Source: Octopus bimaculoides (taxonomy: Eukaryota). From it: DNA of 49,589 nt. Below, one piece after another: positions 24,341-36,839 of this stretch. A model generated the notes under the pieces. It was not told where the DNA came from, made no database searches, and saw only the letters and a program-made list of their open reading frames with translations. The translations under genes and the position numbers were made by a program. The DNA lies in NCBI RefSeq assembly GCF_001194135.2, contig NC_068989.1, positions 35,320,118-35,369,706 on the forward strand. The letters are read 5' to 3'. Numbering within the stretch: position 1 is the first letter of the stretch; each line of letters begins with the position of its first letter.

Positions 24341-24400
24341 CCATGCACATGCCACCATTCATCATCACACAATAGCTGATGAATGGTGGCATGTGTATGG
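24341..24400. other. 60-nt hairpin (24-bp stem, 12-nt loop) in the last YJU2B intron
   Basis: CCATGCACATGCCACCATTCATCA / TCACACAATAGC / TGATGAATGGTGGCATGTGTATGG; 23 Watson-Crick pairs plus one G-U (+ strand) or A-C mismatch (- strand). Confidence 0.85.
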
Positions 24401-25638
24401 AAAAAAAAATAACCTATCAGAAATGAAATAATTTTACATCTGTGGTTTGCTAGGCAACTCTGAGTACTGTGTATATATGCTCCGTGTTTGTATAATACAC
24501 ACACACACATATAGTAGTTTGCTTGAAACCTTGTAAAATTTAATGGAAAGCTTCATACAATGTAAAAGAATATATTTGATAATTTCTTATATTTTGAGTA
24601 AGGTACTTATCAACAAAAGAAATATCAATGGTTCATTATTCATTGTTATAGTAGTAGTGGTGGTAGTAGTAGTACTTGTAGTAGTATGCTTTTGTTTATT
24701 AGGTTTCATAAATTCCTTAAATTTTGTACAATAATTCTGCATTAATGAGCTCCTCCACACAGAAAATTTGTGATTACCTGTACTAATACTAGTCCCAGAT
24801 ACCCTACCTCACAATACAACCATGACGATTAACCAATATCATCACAAATGCATTGAACATGAAAAGAAATGGATGAAGCGGGAATTTCTCTTTGGTTTCC
24901 TAATAGGTGTCACAGCAATATAAGCTTTTGTTGCAACAACATCAATTTTAAAAGACACAATAGCAACAACTACATCACATCTTTTACTGATATTGATCAT
25001 AGTTCAATAACATTAAACCTCTTTATCACAGACTTAACCAAATCCCACTCAGAACTTTCACTGGTACAACAGCTTCATAACAGGTTGAAAATCTGTATTG
25101 GAGCCAATTTTGAAAACTGCATATCAACTTAAATGGATGTTTACACCAAGCACCTTTGCCAACACAATAACACCAACAATATCAACAACACTACCATTTA
25201 AAGATTCCCTGTCTATCACCCTGACAATACACTCCATCCATCCTCAACAAGCCCCCAATTTTGACAGTAAACTTTCTATAGGGAGTACATATTTTACATT
25301 CTGCAGAATTATACCAATACATGCTTCCACTTTTCCATATCTCAGCTTGCTGCCTTAAGAAAGCAAAGTTCAAGGAACCTTGTCTACTTCTCCTCTGAAT
25401 AAAGGTAATGAATTTTATGTTGTTACACAAGTCACCTATAATGAGTTTGTGTATAAACACTTCAATGATAAAGAGATATATAACAATGTTAAAGGAGTCA
25501 TGCCAGTCCAGATCAAAAACTTCATGAAGTAAACTGCCAATCAACATTAACATCAACTTCACAATGTGCAACAGTTAACTTTCCTTATTCTACAACCTCA
25601 TCAAGACACACAAACGGGGATCTACTACTAATTTAGAC

Positions 25639-25938
25639 CAGTGGTTCTCAACCAGGGTCCATAGATTTTTGGGGTTCCACACAAAATAGTAAAGTGGATA
25701 CACACAGTAGTATATTAAGGGTTCATGAAAATGTCTTGATTTAGATGTATTTATTGGAAGAAACAGCAAGGTTTCTTTCTGTAACATTTTACATAGTTCA
25801 ATCAAAATAATGTTTGAAAAACAAAATAGGAATTTTGAAAGAAGTATCTATAAAACTAGTTTTTAAACATTGAGAGGTTATGAGAGTCCACTAGAGTAGA
25901 ATAGGGGTTCACAAGTAAAAAATGGTTGAAAACCACTG
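25639..25938 (+). mobile_element. hAT/Charlie-type MITE
   Basis: TIRs CAGTGGTTCTCAACC/GGTTGAAAACCACTG; 8-bp flanks ATTTAGAC/GTTTAAAC. Confidence 0.85.
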
Positions 25939-26362
25939 GTTTAAACTGATAGTTTCCAACATAGAAGGTCCATATAGAATCTTCTGGCTTTTCTCCATGG
26001 TTATGAAATTGTTGCTATCAACCATCTCATCTCAGAAGAGGTCATACTATGTCAACTAGAGCTCAACACCTGCAAATATAGTGCATTTAGTCTTGACATT
26101 ATTTTTCTATAAACTTTAGTACCTATTCTCACTGCTATCTGAATACATCACTTCTTTCAAACTTGTATTGTTTAGGGCTTACAACAACTGCACTGGTATG
26201 AAGAGGTAAATAAAATATTTGAGACATTTAACAGCATAGATGAATGATTGCGATTATATTATTGTGATTATATTGTTAAGTAAACATAGGTGTTAGTACA
26301 AGATGATTTAAAATCTGAAGCGGTCAGAAATAGAAAGGAAATAATGCCATAAACATTTAAAC

Positions 26363-26501
26363 CTTTTGCTGTTTCATAGTGTAACAAACCAGCCAGCCGA
26401 ACATCATCTTCATGCTCTTTAACAAGAGGAATTGACAGCGAGGATCGTTTCTGGATTTCTTGGTCAGCTTCAAGAGAAGCTTGTTCAGATTTTTTATGTT
26501 C
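26363..26501 (-). CDS. YJU2B: YJU2B/CCDC130 exon
   Basis: TTTTAG acceptor and GTTTAA donor. EHKKSEQASLEADQEIQKRSSLSIPLVKEHEDDVRLAGLLHYETAK matches the SL.IPLV.E.EDD..LA.LL motif. Confidence 0.93.
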
Positions 26502-26990
26502 CTAAAACAGAGAAAGATAGGCAAAGAGTGAATGTGAGAAAGGTAGAGAAAGAAAAGACAATGAAGGAGAAAGAGAGACAGAGAAAAAAGAGGAAAATGA
26601 GAAGTGGCAGAGAGGGAGGAAGAGACACAGAAAGAGGTAAAGAGAGAAGAAAAGAGATAATGTGAGTGGAAGAGAAAGACTGAGAAAGAGTGAGAGACGA
26701 AAGGAGGAGAGAAAAGAAAAAGTGATACATAAACATTAAATTTGGCAGTTGCCAATTCAAAACTATTCTAGGATAGTTCTGCTTAGGTCTTAACTCTGTA
26801 GAACGACTCAAGAATTCTACAAAGTCAGCATTAACAACAAGAGCATAAAATGTTTATTTGTATGTAAGGATAATTGTATGAGTGTCACAGCTGACTCATG
26901 TATTAGGAGTCTGACTAAAGAATTAGAATCCACTGAAACTAGTGTTAAATTCTAGCTTTCATTAACCCCCTCATAATTGATGAGACACTT

Positions 26991-27025
<35 letters not shown>

Positions 27026-27440
27026 TTCATATATTCGTTTGTTCATTTCATGTTTACTTTCTGCAGCCATAGCTGTATGGTTAAGAAGCTTGCTTCCCAA
27101 CTATATGGTCTTGGGTTCAGTCCCACTGTGTAGCACTTGGTGCAAGTGCTTCTACTATAATGCTGGGTTGACCAAAGCCTTGTGAGTGGATTTGGTAAAT
27201 GGAAACTTAAAGAAGTCTGTCGCAAATGTGTGTGAGTGTGTGTGTGCGCGCGCATGCGAGTGCATGTGTGTACCCTTGTCTTGACATCATATGATGGTTA
27301 TAAATGAGCTTCACCATCATAAAAGTAATTCCTTTCCAATCTTCCACGATGAAACATGTCTGACTATGGAGAGATATCTACCTTGCTTGGAAACTGGTGA
27401 GAGTTGGCAACAGGAAGACTATCTAGCCATAGAAAATCTG

Positions 27441-28985
27441 CTTCACCAAGGTTCTGTCCTCAGCCCCCTCCTATTTATCATAGTCCTCCAGGCGATCACA
27501 GAGGAATTCAAGACAGGTTGCCCCTGGGAGCTCCTCTATGCTGATGACCTTGCACTAATTGCGCAGTCACTATCAGAACTAGAGGAGAAGTTTCAGGTGT
27601 GGAAGCAAGGACTAGAATCGAAGGGCCTTAGAGTCAACCTAGCAAAAACCAAAATCCTAATAAGTAGGAAGGTAGATAAAACACAAACCCCTTCAGGTAG
27701 ATGGCCCTGCTCAGTATGCAGTAAAGGAGTAGGTAGTAACTCTATAAGNNNNNNNNNNNNNNNNNNNNNNNNNNNNNNNNNNNNNNNNNNNNNNNNNNNN
27801 NNNNNNNNNNNNNNNNNNNNNNNNNNNNNNNNNNNNNNNNNNNNNNNNNNNNNNNNNNNNNNNNNNNNNNNNNNNNNNNNNNNNNNNNNNNNNNNNNNNN
27901 NNNNNNNNNNNNNNNNNNNNNNNNNNNNNNNNNNNNNNNNNNNNNNNNNNNNNNNNNNNNNNNNNNNNNNNNNNNNNNNNNNNNNNNNNNNNNNNNNNNN
28001 NNNNNNNNNNNNNNNNNNNNNNNNNNNNNNNNNNNNNNNNNNNNNNNNNNNNNNNNNNNNNNNNNNNNNNNNNNNNNNNNNNNNNNNNNNNNNNNNNNNN
28101 NNNNNNNNNNNNNNNNNNNNNNNNNNNNNNNNNNNNNNNNNNNNNNNNNNNNNNNNNNNNNNNNNNNNNNNNNNNNNNNNNNNNNNNNNNNNNNNNNNNN
28201 NNNNNNNNNNNNNNNNNNNNNNNNNNNNNNNNNNNNNNNNNNNNNNNNNNNNNNNNNNNNNNNNNNNNNNNNNNNNNNNNNNNNNNNNNNNNNNNNNNNN
28301 NNNNNNNNNNNNNNNNNNNNNNNNNNNNNNNNNNNNNNNNNNNNNNNNNNNNNNNNNNNNNNNNNNNNNNNNNNNNNNNNNNNNNNNNNNNNNNNNNNNN
28401 NNNNNNNNNNNNNNNNNNNNNNNNNNNNNNNNNNNNNNNNNNNNNNNNNNNNNNNNNNNNNNNNNNNNNNNNNNNNNNNNNNNNNNNNNNNNNNNNNNNN
28501 NNNNNNNNNNNNNNNNNNNNNNNNNNNNNNNNNNNNNNNNNNNNNNNNNNNNNNNNNNNNNNNNNNNNNNNNNNNNNNNNNNNNNNNNNNNNNNNNNNNN
28601 NNNNNNNNNNNNNNNNNNNNNNNNNNNNNNNNNNNNNNNNNNNNNNNNNNNNNNNNNNNNNGTGACCGTTGCCAGTACCGTCTGACTGACCTTGTAGGGT
28701 TTTCGAGCGAGATCGTTGCCAGTGCCCCTGGACTAGCTCTTGTGCGGGTGGCACATAAAAGACACCATTTCGAGCGTGGCCGTTTTCGTGCGGGTGACAC
28801 GTAAAAGCACCCACTACACTCTCTGAGTGGTTGGCGTTAGGAAGGGCATCCAGCTGTAGAAACTCTGCCAAATTAGATTGGAGCCTGGTGTAGCCATCCG
28901 GTTGCACCAGTCCTCAGTCAAATCGTCCAACCCATGCTAGCATGGAAAGCGGACGTTAAACAATGATGATGATGATGATGATATG
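27441..28985 (+). mobile_element. 5'-truncated, relatively young RTE-clade LINE inserted in a SINE (middle in N gap)
   Basis: HQGSVLSPLLFIIVLQAITEEFKTGCPWELLYADDLALIA with an intact YADD; N gap at 27749-28661; 3' tail ends in (TGA)n. Confidence 0.9.
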
Positions 28986-29047
28986 CAAGCATGGAAAGGT
29001 GGACATTAAATGATGATGATGATTTCCCATGCTAGCATGGGCTAAAT

Positions 29048-29185
29048 TGGTGGTTCTCAACCATTTTTTACTTATGGAACCCTTTGATTACTATTTTATT
29101 CTCGTGGATCCCCATACCCATTTGATGTTTCAAAACTAGTTTTATAGAAACTTCTTTCAAAATTCCTAATCTGATTTTTGCATAT
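29048..29185 (-). mobile_element. Partial hAT MITE copy, inverted relative to 25639-25938
   Basis: GGTGGTTCTCAACCATTTTTTACTT...AAAACTAGTTTTATAGAAACTTCTTTCAAAATTCCTA matches the reverse complement of ~25815-25938. Confidence 0.8.
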
Positions 29186-29589
29186 TCACTTGTGTAGGTT
29201 GTGCAATAACAATCTATGAAAGAACATGTTTCAGTAGCTGGAAACATGTTAACCCTTTAGTATTTAAACCGGCCATATTCAGCTCAAATATTCTACCTGT
29301 TTTATGTTCAAACCATCCAGATCTGGCCTCCTACACCTACCCTCCAATGTCATTCTAAAAATAAGCAACTACATCATCAAAATCTCAAAGCTATGAGATA
29401 ATGCATGATTAATTCAAAGCAGTGTGGATAAATAAGCATCACATTTGACAGATAAATAATAGGCTGTTCATTTGATTTTTTTTATTAAAAATTATTAAAA
29501 ATAAAACATATTGCTTTTTATATTACATTTACGTCTTTGAAAGTTTTTAAAATATTTACTTCCGGTTTTCTAGTGTCAGTGATGTAAAC

Positions 29590-32500
29590 ATATCCCTTCA
29601 TGTATATCTCTTTATCCACCTCTCTCTATCTATCTCTCTGTAACATATCTCTCTATCTATATCTCTTGTTTCCACTTTCATTTTTCAGACGCTATTCTTT
29701 TCACTTTCAAATTTTCATACGCCATTTTTTAACTTCCACTGTATGTTTAAGTTTTCAGTCACTATTTACAAACAAACAACGACACATTACTGACAGAAAG
29801 AAGTTCACAATTACTGATGTAAGTAATTTCATTATTTACTGACAGAAGCATCTTCATAAATTTCACTTCAATCTGTACGGTTTTGTGGTTTTCTGTTGTT
29901 GACAGTTTCTTTCTGGTTCCTTCAATACTGGATCTTTGGTTCACTGAGTGACAAATTTCACTTCAACCCGTACAATACTTTATTTTCCGTTAAAATTTCT
30001 TATTTACTTTCTGCCTATCATATTAAGAAACAATTTCTGTTACCAACTTATTTTCATTGCTTACTATCTTCTGCACTCGTGTATTTCTGTATACATATAT
30101 AACCGTGCATAGAAAGAAAGTGTCAAATTTGTCGGCATAACTACAGATTTATGTCCCCCATCCACCCAATTAGGATGATCTTAACTTTCAGAAAAATTGG
30201 TATTTTTCATAAAATTTTCTATGAATATGTGTTATATCATGTAAATTCTGAATATACAAAATTTTTTTGGGGGAAAGTGTTTTAGGAGGGGGTGGGGTGG
30301 GGAATTTCTGAAAATGCACCAGAGTCCATTTCAATTTGTCTTAACTTTCAAGAAAATGGATATTTTAAAATGAAATTCTCTACAAATATACCTCAGACTA
30401 TGTAGATTCCAAGGACATAGGAATTTTTGGGAAAAAACAATTGGGGGTTAGTTTTGAGAACTGTTCCCCACTCGGGGGTGTTTCAGAACAAGTCGTCCAT
30501 ATTTGTTTCATTTTCTCCGTTTTCTGCATTTGTGCATCCATAGATTTCTACTGAAGTAACAAACAAGCAATGAAGGCAAACGAAGTCCTCACCAGAAAAC
30601 TTGTTATGCTAAAAATAACATCCAAAGATCTGTTACACAGAAATATGTTTTTAAGACGACTTATCTGTTGCATACGATTTTTTTTTCACGTTCAGTAAAT
30701 TCCCAGGTAAACGTTTCAGATAGAAAGATAGAAGACACCAGAAGCAAAAATAAGGAATATACACGCACAGTTAAATATAGAAGTGTAAAGTATAATTTGT
30801 TACATAATCTCAATAATAAACATGATGTTGAATGGAATAAGGCCCCGTTTGAACTTTTTTAATTACATGTGTGCATGTGTGGTAGAAATCTAGAGATGCA
30901 CAAATGCAGAAAATGAAGAAAATGAAACAAATACGGACGACTTGTTCTGAAACACCTCCAAGAGGTGAACAGTTCTCAAAAATAATCCCCAATTGTTTTC
31001 CTCCCAAATTCCTATGTCCTCGGAATCAACATAGTCCGAGGTATATTTGTACAGAAATATCCATTTTCTTGAAAGTTAAGGCGTATTGAAGTGAACTCAG
31101 GTGAATTTTCCGAATTTCCCCACCCCACCTCTCTTAAAAAACTTTCTCCTAAAAACTTTGTATATTCGGAATCTACATGATATAACACATATTCGTAGAA
31201 AATTTCATTAAAAAATATTCATTTCTCTGAAAATTATGATCATTCAAATTTGGAGGGGGGGGGGCAGAAATCTGTACTTACAATATCAACGTCAGCCAAA
31301 AGAATGTTTCTGTCCAGGGAAAGAGAGATAGCTGCAGAAAGGGAAGCATGCCAAGAAACGAACAGACTGTGCACTACAAAAGTTAGAGCATCTTAAAGTG
31401 ATGAACAGAGGTATGTATGACTGACAAGGAAAAGGATCTCCACTGCAGAACGAAGAGCACTTGCAACAGCTCAGACAAGCAACTTTTATGAAGCAGCCTT
31501 GAATTATGATCCAGCAGTTCATTAAGCAAATGACACTAGAGTTTCCATTGGTGCAATGACAACTGAATGCATACACTGTAAAGCAAAGAAGTAGTCTGGA
31601 GAGACATGCACTGTGCTGCAGTGGTAGAAAGGTTAAACTCCCTGCAATCCCCAACCTCCAGAGAAACTGTTGTCATTAACTGACCAAGATTCCAAGCACT
31701 TCCAAAAACAAAATTAGACAGTACAATGCTGCACTGCAGATGACATCATTTGGAGCTACAAGAGATATAACTGAGCCAGGATTCATGCAAACTTCCAAGG
31801 TCCAAGGTCAGATTTATCATCGGATTCTCTCTCTACTACCTCTGTCAAATGAATCACCAAAATTTCTTCAGATATATTTTATGGTTGATTCTCAACAAGA
31901 AGGGCAAGAGACGTGCAAGAACATTTCTGGCATCAGGATGAACATTGTAGTTTCTCTGCAAAACAACAACAACCTGATCAGAAGCTTCAAGACTGTATTT
32001 AAAACAATTCCACCTGACTCTATGGATTCCAAGGTAGTTATCAGATCAGACAAGAAACCATCTGATCAACATGGACATAGGTTTAATGTACCAACAATAA
32101 ATGAAATAGCAGTGCTTCTGGTTGGGCAAGAACATGACATGTGTGGCATTGTCCTTCATCTCAGAGACAGCACACTGACAGACACAATCCAACTACCAAT
32201 GGAAGCTCCCAAAAATACCACACTCACAGCATTCTTCAAGCTCTGTCAAGATGATGAATTTGCTACAAGACTACTGTACAATGAAGTTCTACAATTCTAT
32301 ACCTGGTACCAAAACAAATGGAAAAGACGTGCACTTGGAGCACCCATACATCATCCAGGAATCAAAAAATCAGACACACTTGGCAGAGTCTATGTTGTCC
32401 ATCCAAACTACTCAGAGTGCTACTATCTAAGGTTTCTATTACACCATTTCAAGGCACCCACATCATTTACAGCCTTACATATGGTTGATAACACTGCATG

Positions 32501-33360
32501 TCTAACATATCGCCAGGCTTGCCATCTCAGAGGTCTTCTGGAAGATGATGCACAGTGGGATACCACTTTGACAGAGGCACAAATGTGCAAGTCTCCTATG
32601 CAGTTGAGAAACCTCTTCTCCATCATGGCAACATGATGGGTGATAATGTCTTCATTCCAAAGATACCTCTCATCTCAAATGATCTCCCTTTTCAGTCCAA
32701 GAGACTGCAATTTCCTGTCAAACTTAGCTTTGCAACGTCTATCAACAAAGCAAAAGGTCAATCTCTAAAGGTGGCGGGACTTAACCTCCTTCAACCTTGC
32801 TTCTCACATGGTCAGCTGTATGTTGGATGTTCTACAATTGGAGATGAAAAGAACCTTTACAATCTGAGTAATAAACATGACAAGACAGAAAACACAGTAT
32901 ATGATGAAGCACTTACACGAATAGTAGGTCCATGTCATATACAGAAGTGTAAAACCATTGAGTGTTAAAATATTACTATTACACTTTCACTTTTCGACTG
33001 ATATGCATGAATATATATCTGTGTGTATAAAAGTGAAACAATAACATGATATATTCACTGTCTATTTGTGTGTGTGCGTGTGTGTACTCTATGCACAGCC
33101 TTTCATTGTTTATAATATGTACCTGTTTTTTAGTTACGAAATAAGTTAGACAAATGTGTATTTACTTTATATAGATTATATGAATTGAAAACTTTCTTTT
33201 CACATTTCACTTAACGTCTATGTTCTATGTTGGCATGGGCTGCAGAGTTACATAGAAAGTTTGAATCTCAGCTACTAGCAGCTGAGACCTGCATAATCTA
33301 GACTACGTTTTTAAATTTCATTATTTTCTTTAACCTAGACTATGCCGGGTATTTCAGCTA

Positions 33361-33361
<1 letters not shown>
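29590..33361 (+). mobile_element. Internally deleted Helitron (RepHel relic); 5' end approximate
   Basis: MTSFGA, KVQGQIYHRI, PKFLQIYF, FNVPTINEIAVL, TTLTAFFKLC, LGRVYVVHP, ECYYLRFLLH and helicase C-terminal LQFPVKLSFATSINKAKGQSL..CFSHGQLYV. The Rep core and most of the helicase are missing. It ends in a decayed hairpin followed by CTAG|T at 33358-33362. Confidence 0.9.
30144..31274. mobile_element. Foldback/MITE with ~400-bp TIRs and TA target duplication (Tc1/mariner-type termini)
   Basis: TA|CAGATTT ... AAATCTG|TA. Arms 30144-30551 and 30882-31274 are reverse complements along their length, with a 330-bp spacer. Removing the element restores a continuous Helitron reading frame. Confidence 0.9.
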
Positions 33362-33406
<45 letters not shown>

Positions 33407-33668
33407 ACACACATGTACTCCTACACATATATACATACATACATGGCGATTGTGGAGATGGTGATGAGGATGATACCAATAGTGGTGTGGTGGTAGTGGT
33501 GGCAGTAATAGTGGTTGCAGTGATGCTGTTCCTTGATGATGATGATAATGATAAGGAGGAGGAGGAGGGGGGAAATCATGATGAGGAGGATGAAGGAGAT
33601 GATAATGATAGTGGAAATGATGATGAAGTCACAGACAGCAGCTACTAGACCAAAGCTGTAGTACTTAC

Positions 33669-33841
33669 TCGAAACTTGCCGCGAGCCAAGGAATTTAGGA
33701 TGAAATCATCTTTGTACACTTCCTGTTTTTCTTCCAGTTCAGCAAGACTTGGAAGTCCAGTTAGCAGTTTTTGTTTATCATCAGAACCATGTTCTAATTT
33801 ATACATGGCATCTTTCACCAGCTTTTTCTGAGTGTCTTTAT
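33669..33841 (-). CDS. YJU2B: YJU2B/CCDC130 exon
   Basis: TTTACAG acceptor and GTAAGT donor. (D)KDTQKKLVKDAMYKLEHGSDDKQKLLTGLPSLAELEEKQEVYKDDFILNSLARGKFR matches DAM..LEH...KDDF.LNS..R..FR. Confidence 0.97.
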
Positions 33842-34063
33842 CTGTAAAGACATTGTAAAGACAAACTGTAAAGACAAATCTGTAAAGACAAACAATATTC
33901 TAACCATGTTGTATTACCATTGATTATAGATTAAGTCTACCATATCCAATGAGGCATTAAGATCCTTTACTTAATAGATAACAATCTTTTTATTCCGTTT
34001 ATATATTTGTTTTTGGCTGATAGTTAGCAAGGTGGGACACACATAAGAAAGAAGAAAGCAAAG

Positions 34064-34107
34064 GACCACTGATGAGGTCACAGAAGTGTGACGAAAGAAC
34101 TTTGGCC
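34064..34107 (+). ncRNA. Minimal type I hammerhead-like motif (degenerate)
   Basis: GACCA-CTGATGA-G-GTCAC/AGAAGT/GTGAC-GAAA-GAAC-TT-TGGCC. Confidence 0.45.
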
Positions 34108-36839
34108 GAAATAGGATTAATGTAATGTAATGTAATATAAAGCTGAAGCAAATTAACACCAAATATACAGTGCGTGTGTTTTTATTGGCTAAACTGGCAA
34201 TATGACCATCCCCAAGTACAACAAAATCTTTTTATTATTTTATATTTTGTTCGGTCTGCAGGAAGGAACTGGAAGTGGTCATAGTATTTGAGTAACTTTT
34301 GAAAGAAATCTTCTGGAATAACTGCAGGAAAACCATGAGCAGTAAAGGAAATCCAGAGGAATTACATACAGGGGAGGCAGAATTAGACATATTGGTTAGT
34401 GCAAGGTATGGAAGAGAGGTGCAGCTACAATATGGGTTAAAAAGAAGAAATGTGAGTCAATTAGGCTTTGGTGGCTGTGGCTTGATATTAACCAGCTTTA
34501 AGGAGTAGAGGCCATTGTAGTTGCAATAGCAATGTTAGTAAGAGGAGACACAGCACATCCAGGGACCAGAGGTTGAGTGTGTTGATATGTATCTCCATAA
34601 CAATCAGTCAGGTAGGCTTTTTTTTTTGCAGTAATCAAAGTTGTTTGTATGTGATGCAGTAGTATTAACCTAAATGTGGGAGCAATACTCCATTGTGAAT
34701 CTCATATAAACTGAGCAGTAATGATGCTCATACCTCCTAAATAGTGTTGGTGACCTGACTTGATGAGAAGACTTGTTGGATAATCATTGGATAATCAGGC
34801 TTGAAATACTAAGCCTGAAATAGTGGTTATTTTGATTTTTTTTCAACAAATCTCAAATGACCTGGATTTTAGGAACGTGGATGTGATGTGGTATAATATT
34901 CTTTTGCATAAGAAGTTAAATGGCCCCAACTGAGGATAGAGACAGTGTTGTAGTTTTATCTCGCAGAGAGTTTACCTTTTAATCTACAGTATTTATTATC
35001 CCTACAATATTGGTTTTAACTTAGCGCATAGATACAAAATTGTCAAGTCAAGGTATTAAGCTCAAACAATATACTTAATGCCATAAAGAAGAAGAGAAAT
35101 GAAACATTTTGGACAGCACTCTTCATTGAGAAAAGTAAAATGTCTGCTGGTACTGATTGGTAAATATACCATTTATCTATCCTGTGACACTAATGGAAAT
35201 CACATCTGTCTCAGACAAAGGCTTCTACCTAAAACATTATACTTGTCTTCTTCCTTGAAAGAATAAACACATTCTCACTGATTTTTTTTTTTATTCTACT
35301 GTTTTAAAATAATTGATGGAATTTTTCCCCAGTAAATGACTGGTACCTTTTTTAACTGATCTCAGAACAATGAGAAACAATGTCAAATCCAGTGGAGCTT
35401 AAACTTAGAAGGTAAATAAATACAACCAGATCTACCACAGAGCAACTGACTGGCAGAAATGGTAAAGCATCAGGTAAAATGCCTTGCAGTATTTAGTTAC
35501 AGCACTTTTGTTTTGAGTTCAACCCTGCTACAATTAATTTTGCTTTTCATCCTTCCACAGTCAAGTACTGGTGTTGATATAATGAACAATGCTTCCTCCT
35601 CCCTAACATTGGCCAAATCTGTGGCCATGTGCCATTGATAGAAATATATATTATCTATACACCAGGGTAGTAGAATGGTTTCTTTTGATTAGATCCAGGA
35701 CTAAATGCTTGTGTAAGGTAAAGTTACAGTTAAATGAATGGATCTAAGATAAACTGACTCCAGCTGGAGACTAAACTTAGAACCAAGACAAATGAAACTA
35801 AATACTGTAATGTAATTATCACCAGAACTATTTTCTTGACTGAAGCCATCTTCATTACTCTTATTAATCTATAAATAACAAATGCTCTAGTCTTGAGTGA
35901 TAAACTGTACCTGTTGTCCAGTTTAACTCTTGATATTAACTCACTTCAAAACAGACCCTGGTTCTACAATACAAACTTCCAGTTTAAAATGATCTAAATT
36001 AAAAGTTTTCTTCAAAACTTCATGTTAATTTATGTATCAAACACCAGTTTAATAATAACCAAATTATTTTATTTAATTCTTTATTATTTTCAAAATGAGT
36101 TGACTTAAAGGCAGCATGTGTCAACAGTAAAAAGGGTAAAGACCCCATTCAGTCATGAATGACCATAGGATTGCACCTGGAAAGTTCTCCGAGGCACAAG
36201 TCCAGGCAAGGTTGTTTATGGAAGACCAGCAATAGCTCATACATACCAGCCTCCCCTCTTCGTGACACTGATGTTATCCAAGAGAAAGGCAAAAGCCAAT
36301 ACAGCTTAGCACCAGCAACATCACAACTCATTTCTACAGCTAAGCGAACTGGAGTAACATGAAATAAAGTGTCTTGCTCAAGAACACAATACACAACCCT
36401 GTCCAATATCTGAACTCACTACCTCATGATTGCGAGTCTGATGCTCTAACCACTGAACCATGCACCTTCATATATCAACAGTAATACGGTGGAAAAAAAA
36501 AAACCCATCACCACCTGGTCCTTGTGTGCCTCAAGCATAGTCCACTTTGATACAAGCTCTTAAATTATCTTGAGTGAACAATAACAGTATTTTAATGCAG
36601 TTTCCAACTGTGTTGTGGTTTCTTCCTCACCACAAGAGTTGGAGGTTGTGCACAAAGCCATGGTACTGCCTCTCCATTTTTCACTAAATCATAATAACTA
36701 AAAAGAGGAAATAGGTAAAGTAAAATTGACTTCAACAAGAACAGAACTATACAAGTAAAAGGGTGTAACTATTACATGACATTTAGCCTAGCAGTGTGAA
36801 GTTTCTGCTAATGATAAAATATTACACATAAAAACTAAC

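Noticed and set aside
24800-25570. Cluster of 86-126 aa ORFs, faintly like a decayed Penelope RT/GIY-YIG region
   Set aside because: No motif is clear enough to call by eye; it needs a profile search.
26520-26811. Lys/Arg/Glu-rich and Leu/Ser/Phe-rich ORFs
   Set aside because: Products of a GA-rich intronic tract next to the true exon.
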